Source of the DNA: Oscarella lobularis
Lineage: Eukaryota
Assembly: GCF_947507565.1 (NCBI RefSeq)
Contig: NC_089177.1
Coordinates: 490,648-554,647, forward strand
Length of the DNA stretch: 64,000 nucleotides
Direction: 5' to 3'
Shown here: piece after piece, positions 52,501 through 64,000 of the stretch
Layout of the letters: every line of letters starts with the position of its first letter
Numbering within the stretch: position 1 is the first letter of the stretch
Notes under the pieces: generated by a model
What the model saw: the letters and a program-made list of their open reading frames with translations, nothing else
What the model was told of the DNA's origin: nothing
The model's database searches: none
Made by a program: the position numbers and the translations under genes

Positions 52501-54796
52501 CGACGCCGACTATCAGCCTGATCCGCGACTGCCCTCGCCCGAGCAGCTCAAGTACAAGATCCTCATCAAAAACAAGAAAAAGCCGCCGGATGCGTTTTCG
52601 CAGCAACAACTGTTAGCACGAAACGTTGAACCGGACTTTGATGACATCGAGGAAGAACTCGGCGACGACGGCGACGGTAAGTCGCTTGCATTCTTGTTTA
52701 TAATTATAACCCCATAATGCATGCAGACACTCAAGGCAAATACGGAACGCTCTCAAGACGTCAAAATCCGTCTGGAAGCGGTCTTCTTGACGACGACAGC
52801 GGCGGCGCGACGGAAGGCACCGGCACGCTATCTCGCATGAGAGGTCTCGATTTTCGAATGTCATTGGACCGTGCGAGCTACGACGCCGCCGCCGATCCCA
52901 TGGGCGTCGGCGGCAATCTCATGTCGCCTGAACCGACGTACAAACGGCAAAAGGAGACGAACAAAATCGCCGACGAACTATCTCGTCTCGTCATCTACAC
53001 GCAGGCGATCAAATTCACCGGTTTATCGTCCGGACTTCCAACGTCTATTTCCTTTCCCGGCGGCACGAGCGGTGCGAGCGGTGTGAGCACGACTATGCTC
53101 AGCTCTTTGCTCGAAGACCAATCGTCGTATACTCCGCCGTCGCGACGCTCCTCGTTTGCCGTGCCGCCGCCGACGCAGCGACCGCGTGCCGCCTCGGAGG
53201 TTAATCCGGCGACGATCAGTCTGATTTCGCGCAAGGCGAGCGATCGGAAATTGTCGTCGCCCGAACCGCTGCCCACGTGGTCGTCGCCGGGGCAACGACG
53301 ACCGTCGATTTGCAGTCGAGCGTCGTCGATGAATTCGTCGACTGCAAGTAGCTGCGGCTACGATGGACTCGTCGCGTTTCGGCTCTCCGGTTCGGGCTCC
53401 GCGCCCGGATCTTCGTACGATTTGGCGAGAATGAGTGAAACGCCGCGCGCCTTTCAAATGTCGTCCGTCGGCGAAAGCACGGGAAAGAAATTGGTTAAGA
53501 AGCAGTCGAATGAGCTTATCGTGTAAGATAAAGGACGTTTCGCGTTGGGACGCAATTCCACTTGTGATCGATCCCTTGTTTATAATTGTTCTCTTTTTAT
53601 CTGTAGTCACACTGAGCTGCAGCTGATGCGCGTTTATCCGGCAGCGAAACGCATCGACTCGTCGAATTTTAATCCGCTTCAGTTTTGGCTGTGCGGACTG
53701 CAATTTGTCGCTTTGAATTATCAGACTGAGGGTACGTCGATTTTATTAATTAATGTATTCGTTGTTGAGTGTTCCTTAGATTCGGCTATGCAACTAAATC
53801 GCTCCATGTTCAGTCAGAACGGCGGCTGCGGTTACGTTCTGAAACCGTATGTCTACTGGAGTCACTCGGCTCCATTTACGACGTTCAATCCTTTTGAAAC
53901 CGAACAGCCAAACGTCGCCCCGTTGACAGTTACCGTAAAGGTAAATAGGAACATCTACATGAAAAGAGAATAGGCACACGACGCTTTTTCTTTATAGGTT
54001 GTATCTGGTCAGCGGCTAAGTTCCAATTTTACCACGAGCGTTTCGGTTGAGGTGGAATTGACGGGCATCCCCTCGGATTACAACAAACACAAAACGAAAC
54101 AGTCTAACCGAAATGCGTTGAATCCCGTGTGGGACGAAACGTTCGTCTATAAGGTAAAGAGAGATCTCGCGTTGCTTGCTGCAAAAGGGCACGTGCAATT
54201 CTTTTTTTCAGGTGGCCTTCCGTGAGCTTGCTTTTGTTCGATTTACCGTGTGGGAGTCGAATTCTCAGACACTGCTTGCCCAGCGAGTCGTTCCTTTGCG
54301 GCATCTCAGACAAGGTTTGAAGAGAAATAAATAGCTATAGTGTAGTTACATGTATATTAAACGCTCTCTTTTTTTTTTCCCCCTATAGGATATAGACACC
54401 TTCGGTTGCACTCAGCACAGGACAGTCCCCTGGAGGTTGCAACGCTTTTTATTGCTACTCGAATGACAGAAGATTACGAAGAAAGCGACGACGGCACCTG
54501 CACTGGCGGGTGGGATTATCAGCGTTTACATCACGAAATTTGGCGTGAAAAAAATGTGCCGGTAAGTTGTTCGAGCGTCTGCGTGCGCTCCGCCTTTTAC
54601 GCCGCGTGTCTTCATGCAGACTTGTCCGGAAGAGCGACGCAGTTCCGCAGATAGCATTGATTGTGAGCGAGTCACTGAGGAGGAAAAAGGAACGTCGGAA
54701 GGTACCAGTAACGACAAAAACAAAAACAAGAATTCGAACTCCGAAACGGACAGTTGGACTCGAAAGGAATTTAACATTGTAAGGTACGACGTGTAA
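45159..54796 (+). CDS. PLCE1: PLC-epsilon-like phosphoinositide phospholipase C with an N-terminal ankyrin-repeat region. Architecture: ANK - RasGEF(CDC25) - PH - EF - X - Y - C2. Many exons.
   Basis: ANK: [59 protein letters not shown]25-like: [34 protein letters not shown]...[20 protein letters not shown]: [17 protein letters not shown]...[14 protein letters not shown]: [35 protein letters not shown] / [36 protein letters not shown] / [12 protein letters not shown]: [42 protein letters not shown]...[10 protein letters not shown]2: ...[11 protein letters not shown]...GYRHLRLHS. No RA domains follow the C2. Confidence 0.7.
48889..48935 (+). repeat. (GGC)n coding microsatellite (poly-Gly) inside the PLC-like gene
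   Basis: ggcggcggcggcggc... Confidence 0.9.
49531..49575. repeat. (GA)n microsatellite, intronic
   Basis: agagagagagagagagagagagag. Confidence 0.9.
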
Positions 54797-54990
54797 AACT
54801 GAGATTAATTCGACACCTATTTTTAATTGTACTTGAACATGTTTAAATAAGTAAGTAATTAATCGATTAATTAAGCATTGTAATTGAAATGAACACTGGC
54901 AGTTTCGAAATTGCCACGCTCGCGTTGAATACCCTATTAGCGTAGATTACGTGACGACGTTACGGACTGCCGTATCGTTCTTTACTCACA

Positions 54991-57302
54991 ATGGCCGTCA
55001 ATCTTTCCAAGTACGGCAAAGAACTCAAAGCGGCGTACGAAGACGTCATCAGCAACTCGTCGGACACCGACTGGTATTGAAACAGGGACGACGTCGCTTT
55101 CGCACGTCCAATTTGCATGTGCAGGGCTCTTTTCGGCTACGACAAGCAGTCGAACGACCTGAAAGTCGTCTCGACGGGCGGTAAGACCTGGAAAGAGTGC
55201 AAGAACCCAAGGAGATCCTCCGCTTTAGACGGCGGATTCGACGAGCTCGTCGACGAAGTAAACGGCTCTAAAGTTCAGTATGCCTGGTGCAAAGTGACCG
55301 ACCCGAACACGAATCTACCGAAATTCGTTCTCGTCAATTGGGTGAGCGTATCGTGCACCCAAAAGGGGGCCCCTTCTCTATTTCTCCTCGCAGTTCGCCG
55401 AAGGAGCGCCGAGTTCGCGACTGGGCGTGTGTCAGAGACACGTTCGCGACGTGGCGTCGTTTTTACGCGTACGTGGGTGCCCGTGCCGTCGATTTTCGCA
55501 TTTCCTCTCGATTCCGCTTTCTAGGGGGCCCACGTCACGATCAACGCGCGAAACGAAGGCGATCTCGACTCGGACGTGATCGTCGACAAAGTTTCGAAGT
55601 CGTCCGGGTCGAATTACAGCTTCCACAAGGAGAAAGCTCGACCCGTCGAGCCCCAAGGACCCGTGGTAAGAAATTCCTAATTTTCAATTAATTAATCAAA
55701 AAGTTAATTAAAGCAGTGCCTAAAACGTTTTATGACGTCATAATTCAGCAATGACCCTCACATGTTTCGTTTTTCAGGGTTCTGTGTATAAGAAGGCAGA
55801 CGCCCGGACTGATATCGTTCCAGAGAAAAGAGATGAGTTCTGGGCTGCGCAAGATGTTGGGATTTTTAAAAATTGACGTTGACTTGTGAGAGACTATTCA
55901 GTCTTTTGATATAGAAAGCCGAGGAGCAGAGAAGAGTGGCTGATCGTAAGGCTCAAGCTGAGGCGACTCGAAGAAAGGAGGCGGAACGAAAAGAACGCGA
56001 GGTCAGACCTAGGCTCATCTATAGTCCTCTTTGCAAGAGGAGTGTCATCTGACCTATTCTGTGTTTTTTAGGTCCAAGAGACTGCTCGTCGTGATCAGAG
56101 AGTTGCTGAACGGGCTCAAGCAGTTGAAACGCAGAGGCAATACATTTCTATTCTCGAATTTCACTGTACTACCATAACAATTGGACGTGCGTTTCTTCAG
56201 AAAGAAAGAGAGGGAGGAATTGAAGAGGCGACAGGAGGATGAGAAGGCTCACTACAAGGCCAGAATGGAGGAACTGGACGCAGAGACGGAAAGAGACAAG
56301 AGACGAGCAGAGGAATCGCGGCGACGTCAGAGAGAAGAGGTAAGAAAACCAAGACAAAAAACATACATACAAGTCAATACTGAAATCTCTTTGTGTCTAA
56401 AAGGAACGTCAAGCCATTGGAGCTGCAGTTCGTCAGACGAAGGAAACGGTCGCCGAACGGCAGGCCGAAGCGCGCGAGGCTCAAGATGAAGCCGAACGAG
56501 CCAGACAGGCCGCCGAAGATGCGAGGAGAGCCGTAGACGAGGCCCGTCGACAGAGGGACGCCGAAGCGGAAGCGGAAGTAAGTGGCCCTGAGAACGAATC
56601 TTAGAGCGTTTGGAATATATGTATTAGGCCGAAGCGGAAGCTGCGGCGGCTGAAGAGGCTGCTCGCGAAGCGGAAGAAGCGGCAGCTCAGGCGGAGGAAG
56701 CAGCCCAGCAGGCAGAAGAAGAACTGGTTAATTAAACATGCGTTTACGGTATATATCTATATATCTATATGTATTGTAGGAAGCAGAACCTGAACCTGAA
56801 GCTGAACCTGAACCTGAACCCGAACCGGAGCCAGAGCCAGAGCCGGACGAGGCTATGTACGGAAACGTTGAACCAGAAGCCGCTGCAGTTCCAGCTGATG
56901 AACCTGAAGAGGCTCTTTACGATGACGTAGATGAGCAGCAGCCCGTTCAGCAAGAAGCAGACGATGGCCTGTACGATACAGTTGAACCGAAAGAAGAAGG
57001 AGGAGGAGGAGGAGGAGACGAAAGCCAAGTGAGTGGATACAGATATTCTATATAATAGATTTATCTCTTTGTTTTAGTCTGCTCGGGCTGTTTATGATTA
57101 CCAAGCTAGTATGGAATCTTTTCTCTGGTAATTCTCGTTGGTTACTTTGCGTTGCTTTTTTCTAGCCGATGACACCGAGATCTCGTTTGATCCTGATGAT
57201 GTCATAACGGAAATTGAACAAATTGATGAAGGTTGGTGGAAGGGCCGTGCCCCTGATGGATCTTTTGGGATGTTTCCGGCCAACTACGTCGAGCTTATTT
57301 GA
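54991..57302 (+). CDS. DBNL: Drebrin-like / Abp1 actin-binding protein (ADF-H domain, charged coiled region, C-terminal SH3), multi-exon.
   Basis: [19 protein letters not shown] | [27 protein letters not shown]...[25 protein letters not shown] | ...[15 protein letters not shown]|[36 protein letters not shown]. An E/R-rich exon and EPEPEP hexanucleotide repeats follow. SH3: [35 protein letters not shown], stop at 57300-57302. Confidence 0.8.
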
Positions 57303-58282
57303 TTCGACAACCAAAAAACGTCGGACGTTCTTTTTTCATTTCAATGTCTTTCTTTTGCATAGTGGAGTCATTCATTTGTCACAAGCTACACCATAGCGCC
57401 CTCGTGCTCATAATTTGTGACGTCATATTTTTGCTTTGGTACACGTCGCGAAATAATTTGAAGTTCACGCCATGAAAATAAGGTCAGAAAAGCTGTGTTT
57501 CGCCTTATCTAATCTAGGTAGCGCACGCTCAGCCACGCTGTTTTCAAGCACGGAACGAAACGAAGGCGAACGTAGGCCAACAGAAGCCCGATCGGTGCTC
57601 AAAAAGACGACTTCTTGTACTCCGGCTGATTTGCAGGGAAAGGGATTCGAGCGGGGGCCCTCGAACCATCAAACTTTGTTCCAGGGTCGCGTTCATGCTT
57701 TTGCGCGTTATCCTAGCCTCCAATTCACGACAGAGGGGGCTACAGTTGTCCGTATGATTCCTTGCGGTCTCAAATTGGCCTCAAATAGTAAATTTTGGCA
57801 TTTTGTAGATCCACCTGACTGGAACTGAATGAAGGTGATTATCGTTCCAACTCCTTTTCTCTCTTTGGTGTGAAGAAGAGGTTGACCGCGGTTCCAACGT
57901 CCTCGGCAGGACGGGTCGGTCCAACTACCGGATCGCGGTGATTTGTAGCTCAATTATAGCTGCAATCACCTTAAACTGCCTGTATGCCTCCTTTTGGTAT
58001 GAGGCAATAACGTCTAAACGGCCAACGTCTCCTGGGCAGGCCTATATCAATTGCTGAAGCGATTGTGCGGCCCAGAGCAGAAAAACTGCCTAATTTCACG
58101 GCGTGAATCTCCACGGAGAGACTACATCCTTATTGTAGTCTTCCTAGGAGAATGACGCCCAAATCGAAAACGTGCCTGCACTCGTTTCAGATGACAGTGC
58201 AGACACACATCAGTCTCAGTCTCTCCATCCAAGGATTTCTCTGGTAAGCAAATTCATTGCCTCCTATTGGGCTAACTGTTTC

Positions 58283-58582
58283 TTTTCAGGATTGGGGTCC
58301 TGGGCATGACCCCGTCATTAAAAACTGCTGCATCGGGGTCCTGGGCAAGACCCCGTCATCAAAAACTGCCTCACAGGGGGTCCTGGGCATGACCCCGTCA
58401 AAACTGCCCATGCATGAAACGCGAAGGGAAACTCTGTGCATTTTTTTCAAATTTATTAAATAAATTGACCGTCCCTCCCCTTCAATTTACGAGCAGTTTT
58501 TGATCACGGGGTCATGCTCAGGACCCCGGGCGAGAGCAGTTTTTACCTACGGGGTCATGCTCAGGACCCCGACTCCTAAAAA
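58283..58582. repeat. Inverted-repeat / hairpin cluster. Three direct copies of a 35-bp unit (GGGGTCCTGGGCATGACCCCGTCAttAAAAACTGC) are followed about 95 bp later by two copies in the opposite orientation. It could be a foldback or MITE-like element.
   Basis: 58292-58400 versus 58493-58580 are reverse complements (ggggtcctgggcatgaccccgt / acggggtcatgctcaggacccc). Each unit is itself an imperfect hairpin, GGGGTC-N8-GACCCC. Confidence 0.6.
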
Positions 58583-58924
58583 AACGAACGTTAATAACAA
58601 ACAATGCTGTCTATTGTCTAATATGGCTACCTGATGGTCGAACGCTGATGCGGTGGAACACTTCGCGCGCGAAAGAATTCCGAAGTCTCACGACAGGCTG
58701 CTTTTGTCTCCACTAGTTCTGGAGATCAAAAGCGCATGCAAGCAAGTCTACTTTCGCGAAAAAAAACAAAAAACAAACATGCAACTGAAATAAAGTTCTC
58801 TTCTTCCTCGCCATCATTGTCTTCGACGCCGACGACGCCGACGAAAATGACGTGAGACGTCGGCGCAAGGCTCGCTGTGCTGCATGGAGTCGAGTCGCGG
58901 CGTGACGAATTGGCAGAACTTCGG

Positions 58925-59012
58925 CTTGCGTCCCTTTAGATCTGTGCTCGAAACAAGAAACAAAACGATTTTTTTCCCTTTAGATCTGTGCGCGAAACAA
59001 GAAACAAAACGA
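58925..59012. repeat. Direct tandem duplication of a 44-bp unit
   Basis: cctttagatctgtgc(t/g)cgaaacaagaaacaaaacgattt appears twice back to back. Confidence 0.8.
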
Positions 59013-60159
59013 TTTCGCGACGACGCTTTCTACGTCGTTTACACTGCAAATGCCACGAACGCCATATGCCGTTGTTGAGTCGAAGTCGCTCGTTTCGCTC
59101 TGGAACGTCGTCATGTTCTTCCAGTGTTTCCATTTGCGGATGAACGAGCCCCGTGCTGCCAAGACGACGACGTCAGAGGCGACGAAACGCGACGCAATTC
59201 GCTTGCCTGCAAGTAGCTCCGGCGATTCAGAATGCAATCGGGACGCTCTGTATTTCCATGAGCCCCTTCCTCAAGGACGTCGCGCACATGCGATGTCAGA
59301 GAAACTCGACACTCAAAACGGCCGAGGTCCCCTAAGGGGAAACGAGCGGAGAAAAACGCTACAAAGGCTTGCGAAGAAGGAAGACTCCAGATACCTTGGA
59401 CTCAAGCTTGGCACGGCTTCCGAACAGCGAAGAGCAACCTCTTGCAACAGCGAACAGCCGCATGCTCGCTCGAGCGCAATCTAAAAAGAGCTTCATGCTA
59501 AACTGGATGCGTCAGTGTGTAGAAAACGAACCCGAATGAGCCGAGGAGTCTCCGGTATCGATGAGGAGCGTTCGAGAGAAATCTCCTGCTCGAGGCGTCG
59601 AAGCAGCTACAGTACGGGACGTGAAGCACGTGATCAGAGTACATGTAATAGGACTGCATCAGCAGCTCCCGTACAAGTAAATTTGCTGCAGTACTTGGTG
59701 TTCAGATTTCTTTCTTTAGACATTTATTTTTTCCCCCGAGGGGATGCACCGAGCCCGGAGGTAGTGCAAAACCGGGACGATGCGCGAGAGAGGCGCAGCA
59801 AGCTGCATTCCTCATCTCTAATTCCAAAGATTAAGTTAATCTTGGAGCCGGGCGATGCCCGGCGTCTCAGAGATTAAACTGAGAAGAACAGATACTACAC
59901 TTGATCTTAGCCAAAAGGCCGAGAAGCGATAACGATGACTGCTTCGCGCTCGGTTATATACCCTTTCTAGGGTTACTTCAATTGTTGAGGATGGCGCACA
60001 AAAGTGATTCTAACGCAGCCGTAAGCACCAGATTCTATCTATATCTTTCATCTGTGCACAACGCTGTTTCGCTTTGGCTTATCTTTCGCCTGCTTCTTAC
60101 GTTCAGCTGACGACGTTCTGAGAGGAACGTTCTAACGTACTCGATTGTCACGTGATAAG

Positions 60160-62101
60160 ATGGGCTGGACATTGCTACTTCTGTTCCTCGTTTTCGGCGC
60201 TTCCGGCGCGTCTGAATGCCACGGAAAGGTGAATTCTATCTGTTAGCGACGTTTTGCAACGTCTTCGTTGTTGCAGCCGTCGCCGACGGCGCGTCCTAAT
60301 TCGAATCCGATACAAACCGGAGCGCCGCGCTTCGTTCGGAGCGTGAAAAATGCCAAGCTGTATAGCGTCGGCGAACAAGACGAAGAAACGGCTCTGGTGC
60401 ATCTGTGGGGTAGGAAAAAGAGTGAAAACCGCGGTCACAAAATATTCCGCCGTCATCAGGAACTCCTTACGAGATGGGCGTAGCTCAAGGCACGCTCATG
60501 AAGGAAGAGGTGTCGTCGTTTTTTGCTGCAGTATGGGCCTACATGGAAGAGCAAGTGGTAAACGAAAGAACTAGAATAAAAAGTAATGATATCATTAATT
60601 AATTAATTAATTAGGAGGAGGCAGTCAATTCGTCAGTGCCGAGTTTAAAATTGCAATCGTGGTTTTTGAAAGACGTTGCTAATCTAGGGTAAGCAGCATG
60701 CTGAAACGCCACAAAAACTCGAGTCGCCTGTCTTTAGCTTGGAAGCTGCGCTTGACTTGGAAATTGTAGCGACCAAACGTTTTACAGGTACTAAGCAACT
60801 TTTCTTCTCACGTACTATGATGACACGGGCTTCTTTAGGAAAATATTTTTATGAGGAACTGCAGGGATTGGCCGACAGTTCAGGAGTCGACGTCAAGGTC
60901 ATAATCGACTTTGACTACTAACTGACAAAACCTTTGAGAAATTCTTTCCTTAGACATTGGAAAGAATTCACATGATTGGGGAACTAACGTAGGATTGGCA
61001 AAATCAAATGCTGAAAAAAGAGTACCTGATTTTGGCAGGAAAGGTCACTGCTCCATGTTTGGCGCGTGGGGAGCAGCTGTAGCTAATACTCCGTCAAAGC
61101 TTCTCCAGCTCAGAGCTCTGGACTGGAACATCGATGGTATATTGACATGTATCCAGATGAATTGAATTGAATTTCTTTTCTTACAGGCCCTTTTAGAAAT
61201 CATCCTCAGATCACCGTTTACCATCCGACACCTGGATCGGGAAACGGTTATGACTTTGTCAATGTTGGCTGGACTGGCTGGATTGGATCGATTACGGGAA
61301 TTTCAGCCAATCAAATGGCCATATCGGAAATTGGCGTCTCTTTTCCGGACGACTCCTTTGGCTCCGACTCAAGATTTGGCGTTCCATTCACAGTACATGC
61401 ATATCTAAAATTTTAGTTATTCTTTCATTTAGTTGGTTCTCTAGTACTTCTTGAGAGATATCCTTCAGTTTGAGAAAGACTTGGCCGGCGCAATGAATAG
61501 GACTTCAAGCGTTGAACGCACGTGTTCTCTGATCCTAGGATATGGAGACGGAAAGGTGATTAGATATACGCTATTTAGTGTTGGCTTTCGCTAATTTTCG
61601 CGCAGTCATCTGAATTTCGAGGAGTTGAATACTCGGCTTCCGTGGCAAACTTTTACACGGACACAAATCTGAAACCTGAAGCAGATTGGCATCCAAAGAT
61701 TGAAAATATTGTTTACTGGGGTACAAAGATAAATACTGGTAGTACTAAATCAGTATTTTGATTGTGATCAAGGAATGGATTGGCTGTGTCCTGGCTATAC
61801 CCAAGTCTTAGGAGAACAGTTGAAGAAGTTTCATGGCAACATCAGCGCCGATGTCACAATTCACGAAATTCTTCCCGTCGTTCAATCGGGCGATACCCAC
61901 GTTGCCGTCTACGATTTGACAAATATGATGCTCTACGTTTCGAATGCAAAGGGCGACAGTGAAAAGGGGCCTCCTTTCGCTTACGACAGGTAAACTGCAT
62001 AACTCTGGGGAATAGCGAATGGGACTAACTGAGATGTTCAATTTAGACCGTTCATTCAAATGAATGTGACGGAATTGTTTTCTGTATCGCCTTCTGTTTA
62101 A
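60160..62101 (+). CDS. Secreted Ntn-hydrolase-type protein (peptidase C45 / Tan- / acyltransferase-like), multi-exon. Family assignment is tentative.
   Basis: Signal peptide MGWTLLLLFLVFGASGA. A putative autoprocessing nucleophile sits in GHCSMFGAWGAAVANTPSKLLQLRALDWNIDG, followed by NHPQITVYHPTPGSGNGYDFVNVGWTGWIGSITGISANQMAISEIG. Further exons run to the stop at 62099-62101. Confidence 0.4.
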
Positions 62102-62261
62102 ATAACAACTAAGACGATTTTTTTGAGTGGGTGCATCTATGTATCTGGTGCACGTTTTTTTATGTTATGTTACCTGATTGCTGCAGCGAAAGTTGCTGTC
62201 CGCCGAGTCCACTGAAAAGCACAGGAACACCGTAGTCTACGTAAGCAGTACCTTCGAGGTT

Positions 62262-63578
62262 TTATTCCCACCAAAAACTTACCGAAAAGCTGACGCTCAA
62301 TGATTTTACAAAGTGCCAGCACATCGGCGGTATGTACAACATCTCGCCCTCCTTTAGCACACCATCCCAATAGACAGCATCGCAGAACAAAGGATGCTCT
62401 GCTACGTCAACGCACTCCACGTCGACTTGACTCGTATTCTTCAACATATCCGACCGATGAGCATATAAGAAGTCCGTCTGCGATTTCTCGTACAGTCGCA
62501 CATACTTGGACCCCACGACCTGAGCCAACAGATTCCGCTTGGGATCATAGTGAAGTGGCGATACCGTTCCCTGGGGACCAAACCAAGCGTTGACGTCGAC
62601 GTCATCGTCGCTACTACTGATACAGCAATAATCCGGTATACATATATCTCTTTTGAGTTCGGGAATTTGATCGAATAGACGATGCTGAGCCAAGTAGCCC
62701 TTTTCCACGGACTCTCCACCGGCTACGTATTTATCAATAAACTCATTCATCGTTATTAGTGATTGTCCCCACGTTTCGTCGGTATATCGAGCGCCCAATT
62801 CGACGGGAACAGTACGCGAACCGGCAACGCGTTTTATATAGTCCAGCGTCCATCGGCGATCGTTGGGGGCGGGCCTAAGTGCCGGCCAGTGAGTCATAGC
62901 ACCCTCGACGATGATTGGCTGCTCTCGATTCATATATCGCGTTTGAAACGAGTGCAACGAGGGCACGCGAATTCGTTCGAGAGTCGATCCTTTTCCTTGG
63001 TATCCGATCGACGCCGGCTCGGCGTTTCGATCTCCTTCGTCGAGCCTATAGCGTTTCGATTCGCTCGTCTCGCTTGCGCGTATGAATGCGTTGAGTCTCG
63101 ATGCTACTTTGGTGAGCAGATCGTCCTGAATGGGAGCTCCCATCAATAAGCCGCGATCGCACGCTTCTAACGCCTTCCGAATCGATTCCAATTCGACGAC
63201 GATGGCGTTTACGCACGTGGTCATCGTTCGTAGTAGGCTCGCGTGAGAATAGGCGATTCGCCATCCCATTTCGACGTCTTTCCAATAGCCCGTGTTCAGC
63301 TTTTCCCAGATGAAATCGAGCGCCGCGTCAACGCGAGTCGACGCCTCGTCGAGATTTTGCTTCGTCTTCACTAAGCGAGCGGCTTCGTCTAGGAGATGAA
63401 GGAGGGGTTTTGAGCCCGGGAGACGATCGATTTTCGCTCTGTCGTCGTCTTGGAGCTGTAATTGAACTTTTAGGTCAGCGAAAATGTCTTCGAGATGGTA
63501 GGTAAGTGAGCTGGATCCCGATGGAGTCTCCCTTGCCATCCCTAAAAGACTTTTAAACTCCAACGATGTCCCGGACAA
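62262..63578 (-). CDS. KDM8: JmjC-domain lysine demethylase/hydroxylase KDM8 (JMJD5), single exon.
   Basis: 438 aa. FIWEKLNTGYWKDVEMGWRIAY...RTVPVELGARYTDETWGQSLITMNEFIDKY...GYLAQHRLFDQIPELKRDICIPDYC...AWFGPQGTVSPLHYDPKRNLLAQVVGSKYVRLY...NTSQVDVE...FSVSFWWE is near-collinear with human KDM8. Confidence 0.9.
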   Translation of the reverse strand: MSGTSLEFKSLLGMARETPSGSSSLTYHLEDIFADLKVQLQLQDDDRAKIDRLPGSKPLLHLLDEAARLVKTKQNLDEASTRVDAALDFIWEKLNTGYWKDVEMGWRIAYSHASLLRTMTTCVNAIVVELESIRKALEACDRGLLMGAPIQDDLLTKVASRLNAFIRASETSESKRYRLDEGDRNAEPASIGYQGKGSTLERIRVPSLHSFQTRYMNREQPIIVEGAMTHWPALRPAPNDRRWTLDYIKRVAGSRTVPVELGARYTDETWGQSLITMNEFIDKYVAGGESVEKGYLAQHRLFDQIPELKRDICIPDYCCISSSDDDVDVNAWFGPQGTVSPLHYDPKRNLLAQVVGSKYVRLYEKSQTDFLYAHRSDMLKNTSQVDVECVDVAEHPLFCDAVYWDGVLKEGEMLYIPPMCWHFVKSLSVSFSVSFWWE

Positions 63579-63722
63579 CGTATGTCAACCGATATAGATA
63601 CTTCAACAACTCTGAGTATATTGTACATGCAGAATCTAGTCATCTACTTGCTTTCCAGAACTGTAAGCAGCTCGTTGCTCTCTTTGAGTTCCTGTGAAAC
63701 AATCTAGACCTAGCCAGTTGCT

Positions 63723-64000
63723 TTATCTTATGTTTTTATTAACCTTCACAATGTCTAGTCCACCAATCAGCTCGCCTTTGATGTAGAGCTGTGGATACGA
63801 TGGCCAATCGGAGTATTTCTTTAATCCTTGTCGAACCTCTTCATCTTGCAAAATATCAAACGTACTGTACTTCACACTAAAAGAATTGACTTTATATAAA
63901 GTTAAATGATATCGATCTGACTTTGTACCCAGTCTCATTGAGAATACCACAAATAGTCTTACTAAATCCACACCGAGGAGCCTATCAAAATACAGCAATT
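63723..64000 (-). CDS. Monothiol glutaredoxin (GLRX5/GLRX3-like), 3' exon(s) only. The gene runs past the window end.
   Basis: ...[44 protein letters not shown], followed by a gttaat donor. The CGFS active site would lie beyond 64000. Confidence 0.6.
   Translation of the reverse strand, partial: LLYFDRLLGVDLVRLFVVFSMRLGTKSDRYHLTLYKVNSFSVKYSTFDILQDEEVRQGLKKYSDWPSYPQLYIKGELIGGLDIVKVNKNIR

Noticed and set aside
57472-57828. 118-aa ORF after DBNL
   Set aside because: It has no similarity and sits in the likely 3' UTR or intergenic zone.
58283-58582. Possible CRISPR array
   Set aside because: There are only 3 + 2 units, and the second group is in inverted orientation. Spacers are not uniform in length, no cas genes are present, and the context is eukaryotic.

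Overview
This window is a compact eukaryotic, metazoan-type chromosomal segment, not a prokaryotic locus. It is gene-dense. Most genes are split by short (about 50-290 bp) GT-AG introns, and a minority are single-exon. About 25 protein-coding genes can be read from the sequence by homology. They are DDX41/abstrakt, a FoxL-type forkhead, PYROXD2, an AMN1/FBXL-like LRR protein, a Ki-67-like protein, MAEA, AS3MT, a divergent enolase (ENO4-like), CFAP58, an SLC26 transporter, CLINT1/epsinR, major vault protein, a DOK-like PH+PTB adaptor, NT5C2, a PLC-epsilon-like multidomain gene, DBNL/Abp1, a Tan/C45-like secreted Ntn hydrolase, KDM8/JMJD5 and a monothiol glutaredoxin. The most interesting feature is a tight tandem array of three death-fold (CARD) genes at 33.4-38.0 kb. 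The first fuses CARD to a PNP_UDP nucleoside-phosphorylase domain. The second is a CARD-coiled-coil-caspase-like protein that has lost its catalytic His and Cys. The third is a CRADD/RAIDD-like CARD-DD adaptor. They are joined by phase-1 introns and separated by only about 100-bp spacers. This looks like a domain-shuffled, PIDDosome-like innate-immunity or cell-death module with an unusual nucleotide-targeting effector.
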